This document shows, piece by piece, positions 29,784 through 39,944 of a DNA stretch of 64,000 bases (position 1 is its first letter; the number at the start of each line of letters is the position of its first letter). Both the position numbers and the translations under genes were made by a program. Source of the stretch: Bacteroidales bacterium (GTDB lineage Bacteria; Bacteroidota; Bacteroidia; Bacteroidales; DASVHX01); contig JBBRRV010000001.1 in assembly GCA_038246075.1 (NCBI GenBank), positions 20,008 to 84,007 of the forward strand. The letters are read 5' to 3'. The notes beneath the pieces are model-generated. The model was not told the DNA's origin and did no database searches. It saw only the letters and a list, made by a program, of their open reading frames with translations.

Positions 29784-31850
29784 ATGGTTAGTAAGGAAGC
29801 ATCGGAAAAAAAAAGTGGCATGATGTTCCGGATGCTCATCATATGCTTAATTCAACTTGCGTTGCCATTTCTTTCGTCCGCAAAGGTTCCTGCAATTCCC
29901 CGGATTAATTGTGCCAGCACCAATGCAGCCGGGGCAATTACATTGCAGTGGGAGGCGGACCCGGGAAATGCTGATCATTATACTATTTATTGGTCGGCTG
30001 TGGCAACTGGTCCATATAGTCCGGAAACTCCACCGGGTGGCGGCGCCACTGCCAGCTGGCAACTCACAGGGGTAAACGGGAATAAGGTGCAGTATTATTT
30101 CTTTGTACGTGCTTATGATGCAGCCGGGAATTCATCCGGGGCATCGGATACAGTTTCGAACATACTCCTGAAAATGCCGCTGATCGCGAAATCTAAAGGC
30201 ATTGCCAACCTGGAGTGGAATGCATTTGATACTTCGAAACCCGGGATAAATCATGTAGTGCGAACAGATCCTGACGGGAAATCCAAGACTTTTAATTTAA
30301 TGGCAGGCTTATCCTTCAGGGATACGATCACTTCTCCATATTGTGACTCGATCTATCTGACCTACAGAGTTGAAAATACAGGTAGCTGTATTTCCGGTTC
30401 CAATGCCATGACAAATTTATTTCTGGATATCATTCAGCCTGTTGATGCGTTCATGGATAGTATATCCATCGATCCCAACGGGCATCCTGTGATATCCTGG
30501 ATTCCCAGCATTTCCAATGATGTGGGTGGTTACAGAATAGAACAAAGTCTGAAAGGTGGATTTTGGTCCCTCATTGGCATTTCACGCGGAAATCTTATAA
30601 CTTCCTATGCTTCTGATTCAATGAATGCCTGTAAGGTTATCAAAACATTTGCCGTCATAACGCTTGATCAGTGCAAAAACAGGAGCACCGGCGAGCATTC
30701 TTATCCTCATGCCCTGAGCACCTTGAGAATGGATCAGCCATCAGTTAATGAATGCAAAGGGACAGCCCTGCTCAACTGGAATACTTACAAAAATATGAAT
30801 CCTGCCCTGGGCGGGTACAGGATTTACCGGAAGGAGGGATCAAAACCGTTGGCTTTGATCGGGAGTACCACTCCCTCAGTCACAACTTTTACCGATGAAA
30901 AGGGCTTTACTTTAGGCACCAGCTATCATTATTTCGTTCGCGCTTTTAGCCTGGACGGGCAGCGGTCATCGAGTTCATGCCCTGTTGGCTTCACCTTTAC
31001 CAGCCTGCCCAGGCCAGACACACTTTCGCTTACTTATGCCAGCGTAACTGATCATCAAACCATAAGAATGGGTATTCACTTTAACCCATTGGAAACAGTA
31101 ACAAGCATAAGGGTGCTAAGGTCGGACACGGTAACCGGTCCATTTGATACAATCGCTTCCATTGCCCCACGAAGCTTTTATGACGATACCACTGCTGCCA
31201 TTAACCGGCGGAGCTATTATTATAAGATTGATGCCCTTGATAAATGTGGTTCCCTTACCCGCAGTTCAGGCCTGACCCGAACGATTTTCCTCACTTGCCA
31301 TACCAACGGTGATGAATCTCACGCACTCAGCTGGAATGCTTACGAAGGCTGGCGTGGCGGAATCGACCATTACGAAATATACCGCTTTGTGAATAATATT
31401 CCTGATCAGGCTAATCCCATCTCAACATTAACAGGGATTACGACATATACCGATCCTCCCGCCGCCTCGCTGTCGGGAAGCGATGTTGTTTCATATTATG
31501 TTAAAGCCATTGAGGCCAAAGTTAATGTGCTTACCGAAAGTATCTCTAATACTGTCATGGCCAGACAACAACCCCTCGTATTGCTTCCCAATGCATTTAT
31601 TCCCCGGGGAATAAAAAACAACAGGTTCAGACCTGTGATGGATTATTTCGTGGATGAGGGCAATTACCAGTTAATGGTTTACAATAAATGGTGGCAACAG
31701 GTCTTTATTTCCAGGGATAAAAGTATTGGCTGGGATGGTAAGTTTAATGGGGATTATGCGCCTGGCGGCATTTATTACTACCGTTTAAATTATAAGTCTC
31801 TCACCGGCAATTCCTATACGAAAACAGGGGTGCTCCTATTGGTTGAATAA
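29784..31850 (+). CDS. T9SS type-B sorting-domain (gliding motility-associated C-terminal domain) protein with Fn3-like repeats
   Basis: C-terminus LLPNAFIPRG...NNRFRPV...WDGKFNGDYAPGGIYYYRLNYKS...GVLLLVE is typical of the type-B CTD. Upstream are repeated Fn3-like W..W..YRIYR modules. A start at ATG 29820 (MMFRMLIICL...) is more likely than 29784. Confidence 0.8.
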   Translation: MVSKEASEKKSGMMFRMLIICLIQLALPFLSSAKVPAIPRINCASTNAAGAITLQWEADPGNADHYTIYWSAVATGPYSPETPPGGGATASWQLTGVNGNKVQYYFFVRAYDAAGNSSGASDTVSNILLKMPLIAKSKGIANLEWNAFDTSKPGINHVVRTDPDGKSKTFNLMAGLSFRDTITSPYCDSIYLTYRVENTGSCISGSNAMTNLFLDIIQPVDAFMDSISIDPNGHPVISWIPSISNDVGGYRIEQSLKGGFWSLIGISRGNLITSYASDSMNACKVIKTFAVITLDQCKNRSTGEHSYPHALSTLRMDQPSVNECKGTALLNWNTYKNMNPALGGYRIYRKEGSKPLALIGSTTPSVTTFTDEKGFTLGTSYHYFVRAFSLDGQRSSSSCPVGFTFTSLPRPDTLSLTYASVTDHQTIRMGIHFNPLETVTSIRVLRSDTVTGPFDTIASIAPRSFYDDTTAAINRRSYYYKIDALDKCGSLTRSSGLTRTIFLTCHTNGDESHALSWNAYEGWRGGIDHYEIYRFVNNIPDQANPISTLTGITTYTDPPAASLSGSDVVSYYVKAIEAKVNVLTESISNTVMARQQPLVLLPNAFIPRGIKNNRFRPVMDYFVDEGNYQLMVYNKWWQQVFISRDKSIGWDGKFNGDYAPGGIYYYRLNYKSLTGNSYTKTGVLLLVE

Positions 31851-31966
31851 TTTTAAGGGCTATAAGCTGGTAATGATTTATCAGCTGGTATACCCGGGGC
31901 AATTATCAGATTTTAATAAAAGCCTTATCATTTTTGTATAACTTTGTGCGACCCAAAACCATTAGT

Positions 31967-33436
31967 ATGTTGTCAGATAGCGAAAAATTTGTTGGCGAGG
32001 GTCTAACCTATGATGATGTGTTGCTTGTCCCGGCATATTCAGAGGTTTTACCCCGTCAGGTCAATATAACATCCCGTTTTACACGCAATATCAAACTAAA
32101 TGTTCCGATTGTATCGGCAGCCATGGATACGGTGACAGAATCCGTCATGGCCATTGCCATCGCACAGGAAGGCGGTATCGGCGTGCTTCATAAGAACATG
32201 AGCATCGAAGCCCAGGCTGCAGAAGTTAAGCGCGTGAAACGTGCCGAAAACGGAATGATCCTTGATCCGATCACCCTGCGGGAGGATGCTCTTGTGGAGG
32301 ATGCATTCAAAATTATGGGTGAGTTCAAGATCGGCGGCATTCCCATCATTAATGCTGATGGCAGGCTGGTTGGCATTGTAACCAACCGCGATCTGCGTTT
32401 TGAGCGGAACGGTGCGATACCGATCGCCGATATCATGACCAAGGAAAACCTGATCACAACCACTGAATTTACAGATTTTGAGCAGGCAGGTAATATTCTG
32501 CAGGAATTCAAAATTGAGAAATTGCCTGTGGTTGATAAGGATTATAAGCTTGTTGGACTGATCACCTACCGTGATATCATCAAGATAAAAGCCCGCCCCA
32601 ACGCCTGCAAGGATGAGCAGGGCAGGCTGCGTGTTGCTGCTGCCGTCGGTGTTACTGCCGATATGCTGATGCGGGTTGATGCCCTGGTCAAAAATGCAGT
32701 TGATGCCATCATCATTGATACAGCGCACGGTCATTCCAAAGGTGTCATCGAAGCTGCCCGTCTCGTAAAAAGGCATTATCCCAACCTTGAACTCGTTGTA
32801 GGCAATATTGCCACCGCCGAAGCCGCCTTTGACCTCCTGAAGGCCGGAGTTGATGGTATTAAGGTTGGCATTGGTCCAGGCTCTATCTGCACTACCCGGG
32901 TTATAGCCGGCATAGGAATACCACAGTTATCCGCAATTCTTGAAGTGGCACGTGTGCTTAAAGGCAGTGGAATACCTGTAATAGCCGATGGCGGAATCCG
33001 TTATACCGGTGACATCGTTAAGGCTTTGGCAGCAGGGGCTCATTCCATTATGGCTGGTTCCCTTTTTGCCGGTGTGGATGAATCACCCGGTGAGGCCATT
33101 ATTTACGAAGGGCGCAAATACAAGACATACCGGGGAATGGGATCAATTGACGCCATGCAGGGTGGATCAAAGGACAGGTATTTTCAGGATACAGAAGATG
33201 ATATTAAGAAACTGGTCCCCGAAGGTATTGTAGGACGTGTTCCGTATAAGGGATCCTTATCGGAAGTTATACACCAGATGGTGGGCGGACTGCGGGCTGG
33301 GATGGGTTATACCGGTTCACCCGACATAGAGACACTGCAAAAGGCTAAATTTATTAAAATCACCGCGGCTGGTTTTACCGAAAGTCATCCGCATGATATC
33401 ACCATTACGCGCGAGGCTCCAAATTACAGCCGATAA
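31967..33436 (+). CDS. guaB: IMP dehydrogenase
   Basis: [14 protein letters not shown] opening, a CBS pair, catalytic [11 protein letters not shown] loop and GGIRYTGD. I prefer ATG 31967 over the TTG at 31934. Confidence 0.95.
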   Translation: MLSDSEKFVGEGLTYDDVLLVPAYSEVLPRQVNITSRFTRNIKLNVPIVSAAMDTVTESVMAIAIAQEGGIGVLHKNMSIEAQAAEVKRVKRAENGMILDPITLREDALVEDAFKIMGEFKIGGIPIINADGRLVGIVTNRDLRFERNGAIPIADIMTKENLITTTEFTDFEQAGNILQEFKIEKLPVVDKDYKLVGLITYRDIIKIKARPNACKDEQGRLRVAAAVGVTADMLMRVDALVKNAVDAIIIDTAHGHSKGVIEAARLVKRHYPNLELVVGNIATAEAAFDLLKAGVDGIKVGIGPGSICTTRVIAGIGIPQLSAILEVARVLKGSGIPVIADGGIRYTGDIVKALAAGAHSIMAGSLFAGVDESPGEAIIYEGRKYKTYRGMGSIDAMQGGSKDRYFQDTEDDIKKLVPEGIVGRVPYKGSLSEVIHQMVGGLRAGMGYTGSPDIETLQKAKFIKITAAGFTESHPHDITITREAPNYSR

Positions 33437-33597
33437 ATAAATGTTTCATTTATAATACAATCCCAAAAGGAGCGTTATCCGGGAGAAATTAGCAACCGCA
33501 GGAAATGCCAATAATCGCTTTCCGGAAGTAAGCTATTTGCCGGCCGGAATAAACCTGAGCAATTGTATCAAAACATCAAGTTCTTCAATTCTATTCT

Positions 33598-35601
33598 ATG
33601 AAAAATAATTTGACAAAGGGAATAGTTACTGCCACATTCCTGCTGCTTGGCTTACATTTATGGTCACAGAGCACCGACCAGGTTTTGATGAATATTGCAG
33701 GCGAAAACATTACCAAATCCGAGTTCCTGGATGTATACCAGAAAAATAATATCAGGGGTGAAGCCATTGACCAGAAATCTCTTGATGAGTATCTTGATCT
33801 TTACATCAATTTCAAACTTAAAGTAAAGGAAGCCGAATTCCTGGGTCTCGATACCATAAAATCATTCCGTGACGAATTAGGTGGCTACCGGAATCAATTG
33901 GCCCAACCTTATCTTATCGACGAAAATGCAAACATGGCGTTGCTCAAAGAGGCCTATGATCGCAAAGGCAAAGACATCCGTGCAAGCCATATCCTGATTC
34001 GCGTGGATAAGAATGCGCTTCCCGCCGATACCCTGGCTGCCTATAATACAGCGATGCAAATCAGGAAAAGGATCCTGAAAGGAGAGAATTTTGGCAAGCT
34101 GGCGGCTGAAACTTCCGATGATCAATCTGCAAAAGACAGGCTCCAGGAAGGGCGAAGCGTTCGTGGCAATAAAGGTGACCTGGGATATTTTACTGTGTTT
34201 GATATGGTTTATCCCTTCGAATCAGGGGCCTATAAAACGCAGATAGGTGAAGTTTCGATGCCGGTCAGGTCTGAATTCGGATACCACCTGATAAAAGTAA
34301 CTGATCGTAAACCTGCAATGGGCAAGGTGCAGATCGCCCATATTCTTTTCCTTTTTCCTCAGAATGCCACGGCTGCTGATTCCATATCGGTTAAGGCCAA
34401 AGCCGTCGGAGCTTATAAAAAACTACGTGCTGGCAGTGATTTTGCTGATCTGGCAAAGGAGTTGTCAGAAGACAAAGGAACTTCTGATAAAGGAGGCGTA
34501 TTGCCCTGGTTTGGCGTTAACCGCATGGTTCCTGAGTTTATCGAAAATATTGCCAGGCTTAAAGAGCCCGGGGATTATGCTGCTCCTTTCCAGACCATTT
34601 TCGGTTGGCATATTATTAAATTTATTGAACAGAAACCCATTGGCACATTCGAAGACAATAAGGCTGACCTGAAACAGAAACTGACCAAGAATGATCGCTC
34701 GGTGAAAAGCGAAGAATCATTTGTAGCCAAATTAAAGAAAGCTTATGCATTTACCCAGGACCTTACGGCAAGAGACGAATTTTACGCGGTTGTGACTGAT
34801 TCCGTATTCAGGAATAAATGGAGGGCAACGGCAGCGGCTGGTCTAACGAAAGACCTTTTCACCATTGGGAAGAAAACCTACACACAACAAAATTTTGCCA
34901 AGTACCTGGAAAACAGACAAAAAAGAATAACAGGCCAAAACATTCCTGCTTTTGTAAATGCTTCATATGATGCTTTTGTAACTGAAAAGTGCATGGCATA
35001 TGAGGACAACCAGTTAGAGGGGAAATACCCTGAATTTAAAGCATTGATGAGCGAATACCACGACGGCATCCTGCTTTTCGACCTCACCGATCAGAAAGTA
35101 TGGTCCAGAGCCATTAAGGACACTACAGGGCTGAAAGTATTTTATGAAAAAAACAAGAACAATTATATGTGGCCTGAGCGCCTTGACGCATCAATCTTCA
35201 GTTTCGCCAATGCCAATGCCAATGCCAATGCCAAAGCTGAAAAAGCAGCCCGGAAATTTGTAAAAAAGGGACTTAGGGATGAGCAGATACTTAAGCGTTT
35301 GAATCCCGACTCTGCCATTGTGGTAACAATTGAGCACGGGAAATTTGTGAAGGGTGATAAATCGCTGATTGATGGGATAGCCTGGAAAAAAGGTACAACA
35401 ACTGATATGGCAGTGGATTCCACACATACTGGTTTCGTAGTGATTCATCAGGTCATTACACCGGAGCCAAAACTGCTGAATGAAGCCAAAGGCCTGATTA
35501 CAGCAGATTATCAAAACTATCTCGAAAAGCAGTGGATTGCCGAACTTCGCGCCAAATACCCGGTAAAGCTGAACCGCGATGTGCTTAGCTCGATAAAGTA
35601 G
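33598..35601 (+). CDS. periplasmic peptidylprolyl isomerase (parvulin/PpiC-type, two PPIase domains)
   Basis: Signal peptide and two parvulin-like segments (ASHILIRV...GDLGYF..., IAHILF...GGVLPWF...FGWHIIK). Confidence 0.8.
   Translation: MKNNLTKGIVTATFLLLGLHLWSQSTDQVLMNIAGENITKSEFLDVYQKNNIRGEAIDQKSLDEYLDLYINFKLKVKEAEFLGLDTIKSFRDELGGYRNQLAQPYLIDENANMALLKEAYDRKGKDIRASHILIRVDKNALPADTLAAYNTAMQIRKRILKGENFGKLAAETSDDQSAKDRLQEGRSVRGNKGDLGYFTVFDMVYPFESGAYKTQIGEVSMPVRSEFGYHLIKVTDRKPAMGKVQIAHILFLFPQNATAADSISVKAKAVGAYKKLRAGSDFADLAKELSEDKGTSDKGGVLPWFGVNRMVPEFIENIARLKEPGDYAAPFQTIFGWHIIKFIEQKPIGTFEDNKADLKQKLTKNDRSVKSEESFVAKLKKAYAFTQDLTARDEFYAVVTDSVFRNKWRATAAAGLTKDLFTIGKKTYTQQNFAKYLENRQKRITGQNIPAFVNASYDAFVTEKCMAYEDNQLEGKYPEFKALMSEYHDGILLFDLTDQKVWSRAIKDTTGLKVFYEKNKNNYMWPERLDASIFSFANANANANAKAEKAARKFVKKGLRDEQILKRLNPDSAIVVTIEHGKFVKGDKSLIDGIAWKKGTTTDMAVDSTHTGFVVIHQVITPEPKLLNEAKGLITADYQNYLEKQWIAELRAKYPVKLNRDVLSSIK
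35206..35235 (+). repeat. In-frame hexanucleotide microsatellite (GCCAAT)x4 + GCCAAA encoding ANANANANAK
   Basis: Read directly, inside the 33598..35601 CDS. Confidence 0.9.
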
Positions 35602-35694
35602 TTCCGGTATCCGAGGTTTTGAAAATTAGGCACGGCCATTCCTCTGGCGAATTGAATAAAAATTACTTATCGTTAAAAACAAAGTTGATTATAC

Positions 35695-36540
35695 ATGAAT
35701 AAATTTGTTCTTTTTGCTTTACTTATTCCATTGCTTGGGGCATGCAGCTATTTCAGGCATGAAAGTAGCAAGGATGCTGTGGCTAAAGTGTATGATCATT
35801 ATCTTTACAAAGGCGATCTTCAAGGAATTGTTCCCAGAGGAACTAAAACAAAAGACAGCATAAATATTACAAAATCGTTTATCAATAACTGGATCAGGCA
35901 GGCATTGGTGCTGCATCAGGCTGAATCAAACCTGAGCGCAGAAAAGCAGGATTTTACACGCCAGCTTGAGCTCTACCGCAATTCACTGGTTATTTATGAA
36001 TATGAATCGGAACTTATCAGACAGAAACTCGACACAGTGGTCCCGATGAAGGAAATAGAGGATTATTATGCGGCGAATCAGGCCAATTTTCAGCTTCATC
36101 AGAATATTGTGCAGGTGAACTATGTTATGCTTAGCAAGAATTCACCGGTTGTGGGTAAATTCCGAACACTGCTTAAATCTGATGCAGCAGCCGACAGGGA
36201 AAAGCTTGAAGATCTCTGCCAGGCTTCCGCAGCAAGCGCTTCGCTGGATAACGAAAACTGGATTCCTTTCACCGATCTTGTGAAGCGGGTTCCACTTTCT
36301 GTTTCCGATCAGGTGGATTTTCTGGGTAATAACAAATTCGTGGAATTGGAAGATTCGCTATACCTTTACCTGCTGCGCATTAAAGCATACAAAACAAAGG
36401 AAAGTGTTTCGCCATTGAGTTTTGAAGTCCGCAATATCCGGTCGATCCTTGTGAATAAACGTAAACTGGAACTGGTGAGCAGGATGGAGGAGGATGCATT
36501 TCAGAAAGGGATGAAGAAAAAAGCATTTGAAATTTATTAA
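35695..36540 (+). CDS. hypothetical lipoprotein (possible SurA-N-like chaperone module) between two PPIase genes
   Basis: Lipobox LLGAC|S and a helical composition. I saw no PPIase motif. Synteny is conserved between the parvulin genes. Confidence 0.5.
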   Translation: MNKFVLFALLIPLLGACSYFRHESSKDAVAKVYDHYLYKGDLQGIVPRGTKTKDSINITKSFINNWIRQALVLHQAESNLSAEKQDFTRQLELYRNSLVIYEYESELIRQKLDTVVPMKEIEDYYAANQANFQLHQNIVQVNYVMLSKNSPVVGKFRTLLKSDAAADREKLEDLCQASAASASLDNENWIPFTDLVKRVPLSVSDQVDFLGNNKFVELEDSLYLYLLRIKAYKTKESVSPLSFEVRNIRSILVNKRKLELVSRMEEDAFQKGMKKKAFEIY

Positions 36541-36603
36541 ACACCAGGTAGCACTGGCGCATTTTTTAAAGCACTTAAAACGTATTAAATTTTATACTGA
36601 AGG

Positions 36604-37947
36604 ATGATGAATAGAAGATTGATATTGGCCCTGATGCTGATTTGCACAATGACACTAACGGTTCATGCGCAGGAAAAGGTCATCGATGAGGTGGTGGCAG
36701 TTGTAGGCAGTCACATGGTTATGCACAGCGAGATCGAGCAGCAATACCTGCAGATGAAGGCACAAGGTAATATTGGCGGAATAGAAAAAGTTCGTTGCCA
36801 GATTATTGAATCCGCGCTTTTCCGGAAACTGCTGCTCAACCAGGCAGAGTTTGACAGTATTAAAATATCGGATGAAGAAGTAGAAAGCACGCTCGATTCA
36901 AAAATGCGGTATTATGTTCAGCAATTTGGATCACGCGAAAAACTGGAGGATTTTTACAAGAAATCAGTTGACGATATTAAGATAGAATTTCGGGAGCCCG
37001 TTCGCGAGCAATTGCTGGAAGAGCAGATGCAGCAAAAAATCACCACGGATATCAAGGTTACACCTTCGGAAGTCAAAGCCTATTTTACCAGTCTGCCGTC
37101 CGATAGCATCCCGGTTATTGCGACACAATACGAAATCGGGGAAATTGTAAAAGATGCACCCCTCAGTCCTGAAGAACTTAATGCTGCCAAGGAAAAGATT
37201 TCGGCACTTCGCCAGCGCATTGTCAAGGGTGAGAAATTCGCTCCGCTTGCTGTGCTTTATTCAGAGGATCCCGGTTCAGCGCCCAAAGGCGGCGAACTCG
37301 GGCTTTTTGGCAGGGGAGATATGTATCCGGAATTTGAAGCGGCCGCATTCAGTCTTAAAAAGGGCGAAGTATCGGATGTTATTAAAACGAAGGCAGGATA
37401 CCATATTATTCAGCTTATTGAACGCAGGGGCGAATATGTGAATGCACGCCATATCCTTATTATTCCAAAGACCTCTCCCTCGGATATCGTTAAAGCAAAA
37501 CTCAAGCTGGATAGTATAGCCGACCTTATCCGCAAGGATTCCATAAAATTTGAAAGAGCTGCCATCAGATTTTCTGACGATCCAAATCGCATCAACGGCG
37601 GATTGCTGATAAATCCTTCCAGCGGGAATACACGTTTTGAAGCAAACCAGCTTGATCGTGAAGTTTTCTTTGTGATCGACAAGATGAAAGTGGGTGAGGT
37701 TTCTAAACCTGTACCGATGGCCAATGAGGAGGGAAAAGAAGCTTACCGCCTGCTTTATCTCAAAATGCGCACTGTTCCCCATCGCGCCAGCCTCAACGAG
37801 GATTATTCCCAGATCCAGGAATGGGCGCTGCAAAAGAAACGTGCCGAAAGCATCGATAGCTGGATCAACACCAAATTAAAAAATTCCTTCGTACACGTTA
37901 GCGACAATTATAAATCCTGCACGTTCACGCATAAATGGTTCAAATAG
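36604..37947 (+). CDS. SurA-like peptidylprolyl isomerase
   Basis: Signal peptide, a SurA-N-like chaperone region, and parvulin domains ([17 protein letters not shown]...GYHIIQL; ARHILII). Confidence 0.8.
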   Translation: MMNRRLILALMLICTMTLTVHAQEKVIDEVVAVVGSHMVMHSEIEQQYLQMKAQGNIGGIEKVRCQIIESALFRKLLLNQAEFDSIKISDEEVESTLDSKMRYYVQQFGSREKLEDFYKKSVDDIKIEFREPVREQLLEEQMQQKITTDIKVTPSEVKAYFTSLPSDSIPVIATQYEIGEIVKDAPLSPEELNAAKEKISALRQRIVKGEKFAPLAVLYSEDPGSAPKGGELGLFGRGDMYPEFEAAAFSLKKGEVSDVIKTKAGYHIIQLIERRGEYVNARHILIIPKTSPSDIVKAKLKLDSIADLIRKDSIKFERAAIRFSDDPNRINGGLLINPSSGNTRFEANQLDREVFFVIDKMKVGEVSKPVPMANEEGKEAYRLLYLKMRTVPHRASLNEDYSQIQEWALQKKRAESIDSWINTKLKNSFVHVSDNYKSCTFTHKWFK

Positions 37948-38040
37948 AATTGCCGGCAGCGCAATAAAAAGCAACAGGGATCTGTCGTAATTTCTTTGTT
38001 GCAAATTGAGATCACAGCTATCCATTTAATAAAAGTTTGC

Positions 38041-39006
38041 ATGAGGTACAAAACTGATGTTGAAGCCATGGATGCCTTTGTGGAAAAGTACACCCTGCTG
38101 CAAGCCGAGATAGGAAAAGTGATCGTTGGTCAGGATGAAGTCGTAAAGCGTCTGCTGATAGCCATTTTCAGTAAAGGGCATTGCCTGCTTGTTGGCGTGC
38201 CGGGGCTTGCTAAAACGCTGATGGTGAATACCATTTCAAAAGTGCTTAACCTTAGCTACAGCCGTATCCAGTTCACACCCGACCTCATGCCCAGCGATAT
38301 TATCGGCACTGAAATACTTGATGAAAACCGGAAGTTTAAATTCCTGCGGGGTCCTATATTTGCCAATATAATACTGGCCGACGAGATAAACCGTACACCA
38401 CCCAAAACACAGTCAGCACTTCTCGAAGCCATGCAGGAGAAGTCGGTAACAGTAGCCGGTATAAGCCATAAACTTGAAGAACCGTTCTTTGTGCTGGCTA
38501 CACAGAATCCGATAGAACAGGAGGGGACCTATCCGTTACCCGAAGCGCAACTCGACAGGTTCATGTTCAATATCTGGCTTGATTATCCCTCTTTTGAAGA
38601 AGAAATTGATGTTGTGAAGAACACGACGGCCCAGGCAGGTGAAGAGCCTCACATTGTCATGGAGGCAGATGAGATTCTGTTTTTTCAAAACCTGATCCGC
38701 AAAATACCTGTTGCAGATAATGTTTATCAATATGCTGTCAGACTGGCTTCCAGAACCCGTCCGCATACGCCTATGGCACATCAGTGGGCAAACGATTACA
38801 TCACATGGGGTGCCGGCCCGCGTGCATCACAATACCTTATTATCGGCGCTAAATGCCATGCGGCCGTCAACGGGAAATATTCTCCCGATATTGAAGATGT
38901 GCAGGCGGTGGCAACTTCTATCCTGCGGCATCGTATCGTGCGGAATTACAAATCTGAAGCGGAAGGCATCCGCATAGAAGATATCGTAAATGAACTTCTG
39001 AAATAA
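38041..39006 (+). CDS. MoxR family AAA+ ATPase
   Basis: VIVGQDEVVKRLLIAIF..GHCLLVGVPGLAKT (Walker A), ILADEINR (Walker B) and ATQNPIEQEGTYPLPEAQLDRF. I prefer ATG 38041 over the TTG at 37996. Confidence 0.9.
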   Translation: MRYKTDVEAMDAFVEKYTLLQAEIGKVIVGQDEVVKRLLIAIFSKGHCLLVGVPGLAKTLMVNTISKVLNLSYSRIQFTPDLMPSDIIGTEILDENRKFKFLRGPIFANIILADEINRTPPKTQSALLEAMQEKSVTVAGISHKLEEPFFVLATQNPIEQEGTYPLPEAQLDRFMFNIWLDYPSFEEEIDVVKNTTAQAGEEPHIVMEADEILFFQNLIRKIPVADNVYQYAVRLASRTRPHTPMAHQWANDYITWGAGPRASQYLIIGAKCHAAVNGKYSPDIEDVQAVATSILRHRIVRNYKSEAEGIRIEDIVNELLK

Positions 39007-39007
39007 A

Positions 39008-39035
39008 CTTTCTCCTTTCTCTTTTCTCCTTATCT
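39008..39035. repeat. Polypyrimidine heptamer repeat CTTTCTC CTTTCTC TTTTCTC CTTATCT
   Basis: Read directly. It starts 2 nt after the MoxR stop codon, and the pyrimidine-rich tract continues to about 39060. Confidence 0.8.
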
Positions 39036-39200
39036 TTTTATACCTCTTGCTCCTTAGTCATTTTTGTCTGTTTTTTTCTTCATGCCTGAAACCTTCAGTC
39101 CTTTTAGCTGTTTAGATACTATAGCGTGATTAATTGCTTCAAAGCAAATAAAATTACCTATGTGCTATTTGTATAAACCTTAAAAACAAACAAAAAAATT

Positions 39201-39836
39201 ATGTCAGTATTAGTTGGGAAAAAAGCGCCTCAGTTTGAGGCCGACGCTGTAATCAATGGCAGCGATTTTGTGGAAAAATTTTCACTTGCACAGTATATAG
39301 GCAAGAAACATGTCGTGTTTTTCTTTTACCCTTTGGATTTCACATTTGTTTGCCCCACGGAGATCCTGGCTTTCCAGGATAAATTTAAGGAATTTGAAAA
39401 ACGCAATGTTGCCGTTGTTGGATGTTCTGTTGATTCGAAACATACGCATTGGGCATGGCTGAACACTGAGAAAAATAAGGGCGGAATTAAGGGGGTTACT
39501 TTTCCTTTGGTAGCAGATCTCTCCAAAACAATCGCTGAGAATTACGATGTGCTTGCAGGAGCGTATGAATACAATGAAGAAACCGACGAAATAGAATTTA
39601 GCGGAGATGCAATTGCATACCGGGGTTTGTTCCTGATCGACAAGCAAGGTATAGTGCGTCACCAGGTAGTGAATGACCTTCCGCTGGGGCGCAGCGTGGA
39701 TGAAGCATTACGTATGGTGGATGCGCTGCAGTTCTTTGAGGAAAACGGTGAGGTTTGTCCGGCCGACTGGCACAAAGGCGACGATGGTATGAAGGAATCG
39801 CATGCCGGTGTTGCTGATTATTTAAGCAAACACTAA
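39201..39836 (+). CDS. typical 2-Cys peroxiredoxin (AhpC/Tsa family)
   Basis: Peroxidatic Cys in FYPLDFTFVCPTE and resolving Cys in GEVCPADW. Confidence 0.9.
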   Translation: MSVLVGKKAPQFEADAVINGSDFVEKFSLAQYIGKKHVVFFFYPLDFTFVCPTEILAFQDKFKEFEKRNVAVVGCSVDSKHTHWAWLNTEKNKGGIKGVTFPLVADLSKTIAENYDVLAGAYEYNEETDEIEFSGDAIAYRGLFLIDKQGIVRHQVVNDLPLGRSVDEALRMVDALQFFEENGEVCPADWHKGDDGMKESHAGVADYLSKH

Positions 39837-39877
39837 TCACAAATCCGGTCTATAACAAACATTGAGCTATCTTCAAA

Positions 39878-39915
39878 TAAAAAGGAGCCGGGATAAACCT
39901 GGCTCCTTTGTTTTG
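39878..39915. terminator. Bidirectional terminator between convergent peroxiredoxin and mutB genes
   Basis: AGGAGCC(GG)...(CC)TGGCTCCT hairpin, flanked by AAATAAAA upstream and TTGTTTT downstream. Confidence 0.65.
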
Positions 39916-39944
39916 GGATACGATTGCCCTGTTTATGAAAGCAA

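Noticed and set aside
32096-32776. Minus-strand 226-aa ORF
   Set aside because: It is entirely antisense to guaB, has no motifs, and is a typical shadow ORF.
37276-37833. Minus-strand 185-aa ORF
   Set aside because: It is antisense to the SurA-like PPIase gene and has no recognisable domain.
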